64,000 nt of DNA from Antedon mediterranea (Eukaryota > Animalia > Echinodermata), in NCBI RefSeq assembly GCF_964355755.1, contig NC_092671.1, positions 2,976,001 to 3,040,000 of the forward strand, in the 5' to 3' direction. A program made the translations under genes and the position numbers. Below the pieces are notes generated by a model. It did no database searches. It saw only the letters and a list, made by a program, of their open reading frames with translations, and had not been told where the DNA came from. This document shows positions 49,801 to 63,555 of the stretch, piece by piece (the first letter of the stretch is position 1; each line of letters starts with the position of its first letter).

Positions 49801-52800
49801 TATATCCTGAGGGGTCTCCGCAAACATAATAACAATTTGATAACAATAAAAGTGGCTTTTATCAATCGAATTAATGTAGTTTTTGTACAATATTCTTTTT
49901 ACCTCTCTCCTCAATTTCATGAGTTCAGCTTGCACTGTTCTTGGATTCGGACTATTATCAGCATCTCTATAAACGTTATCCATACGAGGGCGCTTCGCTG
50001 CCGAGTTTTCATTGATCTCTCCTTTGAAGTTGGAAGCTCTACAAAAGACTCTACCATTTATTTACATGGGTATGATTTTTAGTCGCGTGGAAGCGACTCT
50101 ATAGTTCACTATGTCGGTCGGTCTGTCTGTCGGTCCGGTATCACTATGCGTTTTATCGCTTTCTGACCTTATCTTGATATCAGTTTAATCTAGCTAAGTC
50201 AATTTTTCACAGTATATTCCTTATGGCCAGGAATCGATGTGGTTATGTTTTCACGGTGCGCACGATTTAACGAAATCACGTTTGTAATCATATCTTCACA
50301 ACCATGAATCACAATTAAATAAAATTTGGTACTCATAAATTTCAGGGCATAAATCATCATATGGCAATACAATTACATGCGTAGCGCATGTAACGCATGC
50401 GTACGCGCGCTTAAAATTTTCAAAATTTATTTTTACAAAATTGCCATGAGTGCGCAGATTTTTGCGCGCGCACTGCGCGTTCAATGTTATTGCGCACTCT
50501 TTTTGCCCGATTTCTGTTTTCTTGACTTACTTTTCAACTCGAAATTACGTTATACGAGCACGTCAAAAGTGACAGGCAACGCACGTGTAAATTAAAAAAA
50601 TATAACTGTTTTAAACATTTCAACATTTTTAAACATGTTCAGTAATTTCGGTCAGTTGGTTGGTTGGTCGGTCGGTCGGTAAACACTAAGCACGCGACTG
50701 CAGCCATCTATATGGCCTTGTTTTTTTTAGTTGCAACTCTTTCTGAGGTCAATTTTAGTTTATCTATGTATGTATGCAAAACAAAATAGACCTAACAGTT
50801 TCAAATCGTAAGACATTTAAATAAACATTTTTTTTTCTATTGTTGGTAAAATTTTAAACATTTATTTTTTACCTGGAATGTCCATGTTTGAATTTGTAGC
50901 CACTGTCTCGGACTACCTGTCGGGCAAGCGGGAACAACTTGTCTCTCTGTCCTAGTAAGTAAGGGTCCACCGAACATATCTGGGCTGCGGCCTCATTTAC
51001 TGTTGTCTGTAATACAACAATTTGCAGTGATAATTTAGTTTTACTTTTTAGTTTAGTACATAAAAATATTAGCAGTAAACCAATTGAGATAAGCAACAAA
51101 AACTTGAAAACTTAATTAAGTAATGATACGAGTCATGTCAGCTTAAAATTATAATCATGCAACAAACCCTGTCATTGGTTTAGAGGCCACCAGGGTCCAT
51201 TGGAATGGGCTCAAAAAGTGTTCAGCATTGGCTACAGTAGTAGGAAAACCTTGTTGGTTTTATACAGAGTTGTTGAGGTTTAATATCTATCTACTTCATG
51301 TATGTTATAATATTAAATGTCTCCCTCTAGTGGCCAAATTCTAATCATTTTGCATATTTTTTTTCTGCAGTACTATGCCATTTATATATTCAATAAAATT
51401 CCTTTATTATTTATAGAAGTGTGGATCTTAACGGAATGCATAGTATAACAACAAAGACCTGATAAATCTGTTATCATCAGGTTGTTATGTCAGTAAAAAC
51501 AGTAAAGATAAATACTTTAAAGCTTCATTTCCCCTACATTCATTCACGGTGCCAATACGTATCACCAAAAACCTACATAAAGTACAACCAGACACCCTTA
51601 ACACAAATAAGCTTTTAAATTTGCATGCAACGATTTCCTGTTGCCTAGCTCATGGCCTAGTTTTGTCAAACGTCCCCTCGCGCAAAGCCAGGCCAAGTGG
51701 GTACGACAACCCATTCCTGTCAAGTCTAAAGACAGGTCATGGGTATTATTCATATGTAAACCATTTTGGGCCTAGATTTTTAAAAAGTTTTGATGCCTGC
51801 CTTGTTTATCGTAAATGACTTGGCATAAACTTTGAAACTTATTGTATGAAATGAAGATGACTTTGTAAAAATGCAACTTATGATCAGTTAAATTGGGTTG
51901 GTGTTACTTCCTTATGTTGTGGGTATTGCGGGCTAAAGAAAAATAACAACTGAAACAACACTTTGCAAGCGACTTGGTCGGAAACACACAATGATTTGAA
52001 TGACTGCTGTTAGAAAAAAAAACCCTTCAAATCAAATTATTTATAAGTAGTCACTTGGATTACAATAAATAATTTACTTTCTTTTCTATTAATAAAATAA
52101 TCATAAGTCAATCAAATGAGACAACTTGAAACAATCAGTAAACTCTGTCTACAGTAGTTTGACAAAAAAAAAGTATATGCATAAATATGGTAGTAATATT
52201 CTTAAATATGGTAGTGATATGACATCATCATGTCCATAGGGGAAGTAACGGTTAGAATTATTCAAATTAGGTGGTGAAAATGTTTTTCAAATTTACATTC
52301 AATTATTTTATCTAATTAAATTTAATCTAATTATCTGTTTCAACAGTTTTATACTACAACTTAATTTAAGAGAGGCCAAATCCCAATGTTCAATTACTTA
52401 AAAATTATAAATAAAAAATGCAATAAATGTTTATATTTCTATAGTACATTGTTATCTAGAAATATGGTATTTTTAACATTTAATAAAACTATACAAATAG
52501 TATTCATTCAAATGTTTAGTTTATATTTATAACCTAGTGTTATTTATCTCTATTATAATATAGCATTTTTAGCTACAAGAAAACAATGGCGCTAGTTTAT
52601 TTCCATTTTAATATATAGAAAACAAAAAGCTATACTGTACAAGAAAACAATGGCGCTAGTTTATTTCCATTCTAATATATATAGAAAACAAAAAGCTATA
52701 CTGTATAAGAAAACAATGGCACTATAGTTTCAGCTATGTACAGTAGTTGATAGTAAGCGTCAGACTCACAGTCGAGCCTCTCCTGGGGTGTTGTCTGGTC

Positions 52801-55800
52801 AACAAATGTGATTACTGAACGGAAGCCTAAAAAATAAATGATCACCCAGTTGAGAAATGAATAAAATGGAGTGAGGAGCTTAATAGGCATTCAGGCAGAA
52901 CAGGGAGGCTGCGTGCCAACGTCTGCAGCTAGTCTTCTGTCATTACTGATTATCCCTACCAGCATTATTAATGCATTTTTATGGAGCCTAGGTTAGCTTG
53001 TTATTTTCAAATATTGTTTTGACTCACAAGCATAGAACTAACATGCATGTTTTCAAATAGAGTACAGTACAACCAGGGAAGAGTTAACTGGTACAACACT
53101 ATAAAATCTGTATTACTATTATTAGCTTCTGATAAATATGATACAGTAATTTAGTTAAAATAGTTTTAAACGAGAAAGTGTTCATCTAATTTTCATGTTC
53201 CATCAACAAGTCAACAATTAAATAAAGTCCTCTTGTAAATCATTGTATTCGAACTAGACCTCTAAACTGTTTTTGTCATTATTTTCTTTTAAATATAATT
53301 ATATACAAATGCATTTTTTCTTTTTTATTTAAGTTTCTTCTTGCAAGATCCTCTATTAATGGTTATTGTATTGTTTATTATTATATATTACCTGTTTATA
53401 TTGTATTGTTTACCATTGATAGAAATTAATAAATGTTGATAATATCGCATTTTAAACTGTGTATTTTGTGAATATTGGTACAGCACCATAGAGTTAAAGG
53501 CCACCTCCAGGTATAACACTTCTAAAGTTTATTATGAATTTTACAACAATAGATATTTAACCACACTTATTTTTCTTCAGCGGTAAAGTAAAAATAGCGA
53601 CATGAAAGAATTAAGCCCCATTAAAAAAAAAAACTGGTGCTACAGGATTTTTTCACAATGTTATAAGATAGAAATGTTACGGATGTCCAATGACTAATAC
53701 AGTAGAACAGCCTTCGTTTTACGTAGTACCCTGATTTTACGTTCCCTGGATTTTACGTACGCTTAAAATAACCGATGACGTCATCATTTTCTTACATTGC
53801 GGGCGAAATTTAACAACAACAAAGCACAAAAAATGGCTGTTTGAGAAATACTGCTGTGTGAGACAAGCTACACATGTGCATTCCCCCTACAGCAGCGACT
53901 GTTTTTATTGATAGAAAATACAAGAACATTGATATTTTAATTTACACTTTATTTAAACATCGCACAGCCTGTATATACTGTACTTTTTTTAGTTTAGGCC
54001 TCACATCTTGCTAGGCCTGCTAGCCTGGCCAGGCCTAGCTAGTGACCACCTGCATGCTGTACAGTAAAGTACGCAAACACGGTAGCTTTTATAGCTACGA
54101 TCTCTACGTATTTGGGGTCAATTTAATCCTTTGTTTTACGTGCGGCTTTCGGTCCCGTAACGTACGTAAAATGAAGGTTCTACTGTATTATAGTAATTTT
54201 CTGTGTACAATTGTTTTTTTAATTTCTATACATTTTTTCTAAAGAAAATGCTGAAAATGTATATAAATGACAGTCAATCTCGGTGAAAATTAAAAAAATG
54301 TTATTTCATGACATTTCTCAATGTGCTTTACTGTACTGCAGTGCTAATGGGAGAAAAAAAAGACATTTTTTGGAAAAAATATTTTGAACATTGCTATATG
54401 TTTGTAAATTATATATGCCACCTATTTCAAAATCCAGCTACTGTACCCAATATTATAGTACAACTGATTTATTACAATAATGTACCATAGTGTACAGTAT
54501 GTGGGTGTAGCGCTAAATGTGTCAAGCTAACAGGGTATTATAAACATCTAATTATCATACACTACAGTATAGTACATTATTATCATTAACAACATCAAAG
54601 ACAGCCTAGATATTAATGTTTTCTTTTAATATTTTTTTTTTCGTTTTGAAGAAACCTTTTTCCCTGATGGAATTATTTTATGAATATAATCAGTTCTTTA
54701 CACTAATTACTATGTCGTCGACTTAGTAACTTCATAATAAATTATTTACAACCTAAGGACATTTTTATAATCATTAACAACCTAAGGACACTTTTATAAT
54801 CATTAACAACTTAAGGACATTTTCTTACACTGACTTGTCTTTAGTACTTCCGGTTCTCATGGCAAATACCGTATATTTCGGTGTATAAGTCGCACTTTTG
54901 ACACGCAAATTTGACCTCCAAATTAAGGGTGCGTCTTATACACCGAACATAAATGCCTCACCACACAGATTGTACATAGGCCTAGGCTATCGTCACCTCG
55001 TTTGCTAGGCCTGAGTAGGCTAGGCCTAGCTACAGTAACTAACTAACGTAACGGCAACCTGCTTCTGCCTAGGCCTAGTTTTCAAGTCATTTTAGCATGA
55101 TGTTATACTAAATATGATGAAAAGATTTGTTCATTATGGCGCTCCGATAAAATTTCATTTGTAAACGTTTACGTCGTACGATTGGAATAGTATTTATTTA
55201 TACAGTAGTTATACGCACGATCGCCGTACCCCAAGCGCAAGCCCTTCTTTTGGTGGCACATGGTGTGCGGTATTCGACTAGTATATTCTCCAGGTGATTA
55301 TAGCATGGACCTAGCGTACACACTTCTCGGATACATAGATACTAATCGAATACGATTGTCCGTGAAAACGTGCGCCCTCTCGAAATGATCGAGCGAGGCT
55401 AGCCCACACACGTGCGTGTTACACACACGGTCATGCACTCGATGTTGCGGCGAAACTCATGAATAACAAGTTAGAAAGAACTTGTTGAGGCTGGGCGCGG
55501 CCGAGCCTAGGTAAGAAAAAACCTAAATAAAGGACGCCGTTGTAGATATAACAAAATATATTATCACAATAATATTGATTACAATTTAAAAAAACATTGT
55601 TTTGATGAAATATAAGGTGCGTCTTATACATCGACGATATAAAAAATACCGATATTTTACTCTCAGTTGGGGGTGCGTCTTATACACAGGTGCGACTTAT
55701 ACACCGAAATATACGGTACATCTTTAATAAAAGTTTACGTATAAAAATGAAAAAGTTTAATACGCATTATTAAGATGAATGTTTCTAAAAACAGAACAGG

Positions 55801-58800
55801 TGAATATATACATCTTGCATTGCAGTAATATGTTTGGGAGAAAAAAGTTATTTATAAAAAATAATGTAATATTTATATTAAATAATAATTAATAATAATT
55901 AGAATACTATACTTTGACATGAAGTGAGGAAAAAATGTCCAGAAATCTAACGACTATTTATACAGCATCATTATGTAAAATTATTAATTAGGTAATCGCT
56001 ATTTAGTATATGACGCTGCAATAGCATACAAATTCCTACTAGATTTAACCTGTGGCTTATACTCCAGACAGGGTTTCGATTCTGATACAGACAGTATTCT
56101 GAACATACCTTTGTCTATTCTCCCCTTGTGTAATTTATTAGGATTTTGCTATGCACAGCAAACCTTGTCTGTCTGTATTAGCATACTCCATGGCATTAGT
56201 AGATGATGACGGAGTAGCAATTGCAAGATTTTACAAACGTTTTGAACAAAGGGGGGAGGCAGCAGCTGTAAGGTGTCTATAAAGCTACTGAATTGTGCTA
56301 AATGTATTATACTCAAAAACATTCTGATACAGTACACTACAAAACTTGCGCTCTGAAAACTAGAAATCTAAATTGAGGGCAATTGAAATTTACATTGGAA
56401 AACCAGACAAACTAATCAAAGCACTAGACGTTAAACTAGGCGACAGGGCATGGACTGCTTAAAATCCATGAGAAAAACAAACCGTACAGGTCGGTCCAAA
56501 GGGTGTCTAGTGTTGGGAGAGTGTCTTGGGACAATCCAATGGTGACGTCTGGTAATGATATTAGAAAAGACTTTAGGGCCAGTCGAAAGGGTGTAATATT
56601 ATTGGAAGAGTCTCATGGGACAAGACAATGTTTTCTGGTGTAAAGTCTTTTGTTTAAAAGTCAAACGGGTGTAATGTAATATTGGGAGAGTCTTTTAGGC
56701 CAGACCAAAGGGTATAATGTTATTGGGAGTGTCTTTTGGGCCAGTTCAATTGAGGGGCTTTTTTGCCAGTCCAATCAGTGTCTGGTATTTGGAAAATCCT
56801 TTGGGCCAGTTCAATGATGTCTGGTATTAGGAAAGACGTTTGGGCCAGTTCAATGGTGTATGTTATTGGGAAAGTCTTTTGGGCCAGTTTAACAATGTCT
56901 GGTATTGAGAAAGTCTTTTACTCCAGGTCAATGGTCTTTGGAGAGTGAGTTAAACTGTAATCATTAAGATACAATGATTTTGATTATTTAATTTCTGAGA
57001 ATAAAGCAGTCTGTTTGACAAGAATAAGATCTTCCACACATTTTACAGATAATAATTAATAATTAGTTAATAATTTGTGCACACAGACTATAGTAGTTTT
57101 AGTAGGGTAGTTTATATTATCTGAAGGTCATTTACAATAAGCTACTTAACATGTTATTCATTTACATTCAGTCAATTTGCCATAGAAATTCAATTTAGAA
57201 ATTTTCCTATCTTTTAACCTTTGTCCTGCTTTTCTGTATGTTTGAAATATTTTTGTACAATTAGCCGATTCATAATACCTTTAAATATTTTTAATTTCTT
57301 GAAAAATTAAGAAAAATCACATGGGAAAAAAAATTATAAAAGATACAATGATGAAGGTGTGTTGGGTTGCTCCCATTTGATGGCAGGTTTCATGGATTGT
57401 ACCATTAAGTAATAGGGTGTTTATAGGCTGACAAAAGCTATTCACAAAATAGGAGATTGAAATATCGCATGCTTTTCCTTATGTTTTATAACGTATATTC
57501 ACAAATGAAATACATAGTATATAAACACTAACATATGGTTATTGGTTTCTTTATCGTTTTATAAATGTTTCATAACCAACATTGAGAAATTGTAACTGTC
57601 AATCCATCATATTTTTGTGGAGAGAAGTGTTCTGACCAATGACAACATGTCCACATGTGTGTATAATAAGTCACTATATCTGCTTAAACAAGTTGTCTAT
57701 ATGATAGCTATTGACAGTAAACTTGAATGGAACTAGGAAATCAGAATCTAACGGCTAGGCCACAAGGGACTATTTATATGTCATTTCCCACAAGAAGTAT
57801 TTGGCTAATGAAATTATCAAGAACATAAGTACCCAACATGTCTCTTGTCAATTTGAATTCCTATTTTTCTTTAAAATAAATCATAAATTAATCTTAAACA
57901 AATCTGTGGTTTATGGCTACCTACTGTAAGTTCTGGGGTTCAAATCCTACTTGAACGTTGATCTCAGTTCATATCTGAATAAACTGTACTGCTGATGTCA
58001 AATAATTTGTCTCAATTTTGTTTGTTCCTTTATCTTATACCGTTTTTTCATTCTAGACAGACCTTATAGTGCTTACTGTAGTCAACTCCCAATACTGAGC
58101 ACATTGAATTGGCTCAAACAGATCATGGAGGTATACCTCCATGAACAGATCTACAGTACATACACTTATCACCTAATACCACTGTAGGCACCTTGGACTG
58201 GCTCTAAAACAGATCTACATACACTTGTCACCTAATACTAGGCACCTTGGATTGGCCCACACATATGTATACAGTTCACTCCCCAACAATGGACACTTTT
58301 GGCTTGACAAAATATCTTATTTTATGAAGTCAGGGTTCCAGAATGCATTGAGAAATTAACTCATTAAAGCCTGTAGCCACAGGAACGAACATTTCATACT
58401 TTTTTTTTTTGCTTAGTGCCCTATTCAAACTTGAGACTAGCAGCGCCGAAAGTTATAGTAAATAGGCCTAAACAATTTGTGTACCTTTTGTAGAAAAATA
58501 ACTCCTCACAGGGAATATAGAGGCTGCTATACAATCTTGGATATGGGCATGGGTAACAAAATAATTCTGGTTTTGTGAGAGTATACTTCAGAAAAGCATT
58601 CTATTGTTTACTCTGAAAAAGCTATATCACTGAGCATTGTGTGAATGCTTTCCTGCCTTTAAAACAATGTACAATTGTACTATTGTTTCAGTTTCAGTTC
58701 ACTGTACATCTAAAATCTTACAGAATTTCAGTTTCTCATTTATTATTTTTCCACAAATACATTTTTTATTGTTAAATAATTCATAATGTCTGGTGGTCTT

Positions 58801-61800
58801 GCTTCACTTATTAAGACTAATAAAAATTCATGATTTTAATGAATCTGTGTCTGTATTAAATGTATTAAGTAAAAACCAACAATTTCTTTTTTAAATAACT
58901 GATTGATTGCGATTTCCTGAATTGTTTTTCCGGAAGGACAAATCAACTTCTCTAACGTTTCAACTTACAGTAGTTTTAGTTACATATTGTGGTCTACGGT
59001 AACTTTAATATTTTTTATAGAAAATGCTATAGAATTAATTAGTTTTATCAGTACAGTACTAGTAGACAAACCCTGATTGTCCTCTAAAATGAAATTGGCC
59101 ATGTTAAAAACATACTTTCTTCTTGTTTATTTTATGGTAAAGCGTTGTCTTAATAATAGGGGTATTCCAAGTTCTAATGTAATGAATAATATGGTATAAA
59201 CCATTATAATAAACTATTTTCAAATAATTTTTTGCCACTATAAAAAATACATATAATAATTAATAGATATTAAATAAATTATACAATTTCCTTTGTAATT
59301 AATATAGGATTTCGTTCTTTTCCTATTTATCCTCAAATGTCAAATTAAAATCGGAAGGAAGTACAGTATGGGTGGAAAAAGTTGACAATAATAGTGTGTT
59401 GTTACTATGTCAGTATGTATAATCAATATTGCAGTTTTGTTGGTCAAAGGTCTCAAATAACCTTTAGCCCGAATTACTACAGCACTAGCACAAATATCCA
59501 CTACAAAAAAATCCCCCACATTTTACAAAGTAAAATCCTACTATTCAGTATTTAATGGCTAATTGTTAAGCCACATGGTACAACATGTTTGGAAAGAATG
59601 TAATTGTGCAGACACAGAGAACCATCTCTAAAAGCTTTCCACACACCCTTAAAACTTAACGACTTTCACCCACACCCTAATTTTAACACAGCACCCACCC
59701 AAAAAATTCTAGGTGCCTAACCTATTAATTGTTATTTTTTACCCACCAAATGGGCCACCCACCCACCCTTTGACAACCACACCTACAGTACTTCTCAAGC
59801 TAAATCTCTGTGATAGACGTATAATAAGGTGTGGACACTTCACAGGTGTCATTGCATTTCATTATTTGAGATAAAAATCAGCTTATACTTAGAGTACAGT
59901 GCGTACAAACATTATTAACTGTAAAATATGTAATAATAATAATTAATAATAAACAATATTTATATAGCGCCTAATGGATCACTGACCTCTCTAGGTGCTT
60001 TACATTAGACCCTAACTAATGGTAATAAACTATCCCCCCGCCGGACACCATTCCGGTATTTCTTAGTCGAGGTTTCGGGGATTGAAACGATCAATAATGT
60101 GAAAGAATGTAACTATGCTTAACTAAGGTAAAACTATCCCCCGCCGGACATCATCCCGGTATTTCTGAGTCAAGGTTTCGAGGCCAGAATTAAGAATAGA
60201 GAGTAAATGAAGCATGCACTAACTTAACTAGGGTTAACGGTTAGGGTTAGGAGCAAGTTTCACAAAGTGTGGAAGTTTGTTCCAAATGAAGGTGCTATTG
60301 CTGCAAAAGACCTTCTACCATAAGCAGTGGATGATTTTGGTAATGTTAGAAGAAATTGATCACCAGACCTTAAAGAGCGCGACGGGATGTATTCAGATAT
60401 GAGCTCACGAATATAATCTGTAAACTGTATTTATTTCATTGTGTGTTGTTTCAAACAGAAATTCAGTGCAGAGTACAATATTCTAGTGGATATACAGTGT
60501 GTGTGTACTTAACAAAAGCCCATTTTTAATGGCTTCAATAACATTTTGAAGAAAAAAAATGGTTTTCTTCATTTGAAAAATATTTAGGAATGGAATACTT
60601 TCAAATGATGTTTCTTTTTTTCTTATATGTTATTGAGATTTATTGTTTTGAATTAAAGATATTATAGCAGTTTTATATGTGCGGTTTTCCTATGACAGTG
60701 TGACTGTTGCGGGCCCTGTAGACATAGACTACAGTGTATTTGGCTTCAGACTTGGCCAATTTCCCCACCATTACTAGGCATTCTTTTCAATAACAGACAT
60801 GCATATCATGTGGTAGTTAGAGTAGTCCAGGATCATTAAGAATTTCCTGTTAAATTTAACATGCTTATTGCTCTAGAACAATAGAACTATTTTCCTTTTT
60901 ACTACTGTAATAGTAGTTATTGAAAAACAAATTAAAAGTTTTCAAACAAAACTGAATAAAATTTAATACAACAAAATGGGTTTTTTTTAGTCAATTGTTG
61001 GCATGGATGGGACATTTTTTATATTAATGTGTAACCAGGTATTCATAAGTTTTTATAGAACTATTTTAACATATTGGTATTTGATAGGAATTGGTTTCTG
61101 CTGCATAGGGCCAAATAAAACGCTTATTTTAGAGACCCTATTTCTACTCCTATAACTGTTTCAATTAGTGATTGCCTGTTGAAAAAATGCACTCAGACAT
61201 ACCAAAAACGTTCGAGATACTGCAAATGTCAATAAAAAAATAACTGTTATTTTGCAATATGTATTTTCAGTAAATTTCATGAAGAAGATAGCATTTGATA
61301 GATCTCATAAATTTTGATGTTTTTAATGTGACGTTTTTAATCATAATAATTGAATTATGATTGAAAACATTATTGTGAAAATATGACAAATTACAAAGAC
61401 TACAATTTCAGACTTAAAATAGCATACAGTACATACCTCATGCAGAGTAAGCGCTTTTTCTGCTCTTCTTTTGGAATCAAAACGTCCATAAATTGCGGAC
61501 CATTTTCTTATTTCTTCAATCCTTCGAGGGTCCTCAACCGACATGTCAAATATATACGCCAATTCACGTATTGTTTTCTTATTAAGTTGTGGAGGAATTT
61601 CTGGTTTTGGTATCGTTGACATTAAAGCAATAGCTGCTGACTGAATGTTCAGAATACTGGTTTCATCAAGTTCTGCTCCTGGGAGAACCTGATACTGAGA
61701 GCCCACAAGGTTCCCAGGAACACTCCCGCCTATACTGCCCGCCGGTGAAGGTGCTCGATCGGATATACCACTCGATCTCGACACAGACAACTGTGAGGAC

Positions 61801-62204
61801 GTTGTTGCATGCGAGTGAATTGGCATATTTGTTTGTGCGCTCCACTTTACGTTGACTATAGGAGAAGACATCGCTGCAATATTTGATTGTGGTTGTAAAC
61901 GTAGTTCTGAAACCGGTGGCGCTATACTACGTGGAGGAGTCGTCAGGGGCTGTTCAAAAGCACCTGGACTCGTGACCCAGTCCTGTAGGGCTTTTTGAAG
62001 CCTCCGTACATGTAAAGGTTTTGTTGCCATACCAACCAACGCCATTATTTCTAGGAATTCCTCCTCTCCAGCCTCGCATAATTGCTGAACATCGTCGCCG
62101 CCTTGTTGTATAAAGTTATCGTAATAAGTTAGTAAATTGGCCCGTTCAAGTACTCTATACAATTGGAGTTCACTCGTGCTTATTGGCGTAATTTGAGTTG
62201 ACAT
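46384..62204 (-). CDS. NAB: NAB-family EGR corepressor (NGFI-A-binding protein), complete, 6 coding exons, 583 aa
   Basis: Join of 61437-62204, 50873-51006, 49903-50038, 48928-49133, 47427-47512 and 46384-46805 gives 1752 nt in frame. NCD1 (ELQLYRVLERANLL...GGDDVQQLCEAGEEEFLEIMALVGMATKPLHVRRLQKAL) and NCD2 (IRKWSAIYGRFDSKRR...LTLHE/TTVNEAAAQIC...LARQVVR) are present. Confidence 0.95.
46886..46960 (+). pseudogene. Degenerate tRNA-Gly(TCC)-like sequence / SINE head
   Basis: TAGCTTAGTGGTT D-arm, GCCTTCCAA anticodon-like loop, mutated T-loop GGATTCATTCC. Confidence 0.5.
47427..47512 (-). CDS. NAB: NAB coding exon 5 (YYDAKARAYGDFDEVIGDIGNSSVKSHE)
   Basis: CAG acceptor, GTATGT donor, 86 nt; bridges phase 2 to phase 1 exactly. 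Confidence 0.8.
47640..47832. mobile_element. Short Harbinger-like MITE
   Basis: GCCAGTTTTCCACTAGGCGAAT versus ATTCACCTAGTAGAAAACAGGC; TAA flanks. Confidence 0.6.
48688..48850. repeat. About 64-bp tandem repeat x2.5 (ACAATGGTAGAGTCCATTATGGG...)
   Basis: Read directly. Confidence 0.8.
48928..49133 (-). CDS. NAB: NAB coding exon 4 (ERMNEISTQLSQIKQ...KKQRRSD), coiled-coil-like
   Basis: CAG acceptor, GTAAAC donor, 206 nt, phase-consistent. Confidence 0.85.
49538..49666. repeat. About 30-bp tandem repeat x4 inside a CAGTAGAA-type MITE
   Basis: GTGTCCCCTTATTAGGTGGCCCCTGAGTAAG repeated. Confidence 0.9.
49903..50038 (-). CDS. NAB: NAB coding exon 3 (ASNFKGEINENSAAKRPRMD...ELMKLRRE)
   Basis: TAG acceptor, GTAAAA donor, 136 nt, phase-consistent; KRPR NLS-like motif. 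Confidence 0.85.
50076..50728 (+). mobile_element. Helentron-associated / DINE-1-like non-autonomous element
   Basis: T-run start, subterminal IR AGTCGCGTG / CACGCGACT, 5' short IR, (GTCG/GTCT)n microsatellites, 3' hairpin GCCATCTATATGGC, then a T-run. Confidence 0.75.
50873..51006 (-). CDS. NAB: NAB coding exon 2 (TTVNEAAAQICSVDPYLLGQRDKLFPLARQVVRDSGYKFKHGHS)
   Basis: CAG acceptor, GTAAAA donor, 134 nt; second half of NCD2. Confidence 0.94.
53700..54185. mobile_element. pogo/Tigger-like MITE
   Basis: TA|CAGTAGAAC...CCTTCGTTTTACGTA versus TACGTAAAATGAAGGTTCTACTG|TA; inserted into an old Kolobok-like remnant. Confidence 0.8.
54869..55716. mobile_element. Tc1/mariner-type non-autonomous element
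   Basis: TA|CCGTATATTTCGGTGTATAAGTCGCAC...GTGCGACTTATACACCGAAATATACGG|TA; perfect 27-bp TIR. Confidence 0.88.
56490..56945. repeat. Old degenerate tandem repeat of about 39 bp (GGGCCAGTTCAATGGTGTCTGGTATTGGGAAAGTCTTT)
   Basis: Recurrent motif, diverged copies. Confidence 0.75.
59932..60420 (-). mobile_element. L2-like LINE 3' end
   Basis: Minus-strand YIPSRSLRSGDQFLLTLPKSSTAYGRRSFAAIAP; 3' tail AAGCACCTAGAG...TAGGCGCTATATAAAT followed by (ATT)n. Confidence 0.75.
61437..62204 (-). CDS. NAB: NAB coding exon 1 (NCD1 and first half of NCD2)
   Basis: ATG 62204, acceptor 62231-62233, GTATGT donor 61431-61436; 256 codons. Confidence 0.96.
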
Positions 62205-63555
62205 GTTGGTGGTGTTTCAAGACCGAAAGCCTGAAATCGTACATTTGAATGATTAAAATAAAACTATAGTACACAATTCATAAGGTTTAACCATCTACTG
62301 TACACTATGATTTAAATAAGGCTTTTAGTAATAATTAATTACTCATTAGATGAAAATGGTGAAGAATAAAGTCCAATATTATATTGGGTATAGAATCATA
62401 ATAAATTGTTGGGATGCAATGCTAGCTCTCTTATGTTTATACTGTACATGGAATGTTTATGATAAAGGTGTATTTATAATTTTACATTTTTTGAAACTCT
62501 ACCACATACAAAAACATTGCACAGTTTAAACCAATTCCTAGTACTGTATAGCGGTTTACCCTTTTCCTCAATTGTTTTTTCCGTAAATTACTAAAAATAT
62601 GAATTAATGGAAAACATTTTTCTAGCTTGCTGACATTTTATTTTCAGTGTACATTTATTACTGATGACAATTGAACAAATGTTATAGGATACTTCTGCTC
62701 TACAGATAATAAAGTTTATAAATTCTAAGGGTGGTTGTGAAAAGTTAAGGGTATAATAACTGACACAACAGAGGTATTACTACTGCTACTACTATACTAA
62801 GAATCTTAATATTTGTACTGATTTTGTTATTTTAACAAATAATAATATTCAATCCAATGATTATATTGATTGACAAATAAAGTCAGTTACTTAAAAATTA
62901 GATTTAATTTTATTTGTATTTATTTTTTAACCATTATTAAGTTCAATAGTGAATAGTCAATACAAAAACAATTTTAACTTTAACTTGTTTTGATTTAAAT
63001 CAACGTAAAAACTTCCACAAATTAATCAGTCTACTAAAATATAATGAGTGTTTTTCAAGCTTGGACATTGTGTTGGTGATCACACCCTGTTCCCATAGCC
63101 GGGTGTAATGGATTCAATATGGTAAATTACAAAATAAATTTTAAGAACATTTTTACAATTTAAACATAAAAATAATGTTTATGATGTATCATAAGTTATA
63201 ATTTATTTCAGAATTTCTGTACATAATGTTATAATTTAACACTTGCATGAGAAAGTGTTGTCTACTGGCTAAAAATTAGGGAACCACTACCCTTTTCATG
63301 AAATGGACGATTCCAGCCTTGATGATTCCCCGGTGGTGTGTGAACGAATAACATTGGTGAGGTCAATTTTCTGGCACGACAATGCTCCCAACCCCGCGAT
63401 TATCGCTTTCCATCTGCTAGGCTTAACCACTCTCCGTCAAGCGATTGTGGCCTAGAAACTCACTCACATTAAACGGTGAAAACTAAGGTATTTTAAACAA
63501 CACATTTTTGACATCTAGCACAAATAAAAGATCTAAACACAGTGAAACAACTTAC

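Noticed and set aside
61341-61436. Hydrophobic tail of the 287-aa NAB ORF (VCTVCYF...IIIQLL)
   Set aside because: Intron read-through past the GTATGT donor; NCD2 continues at 51006.
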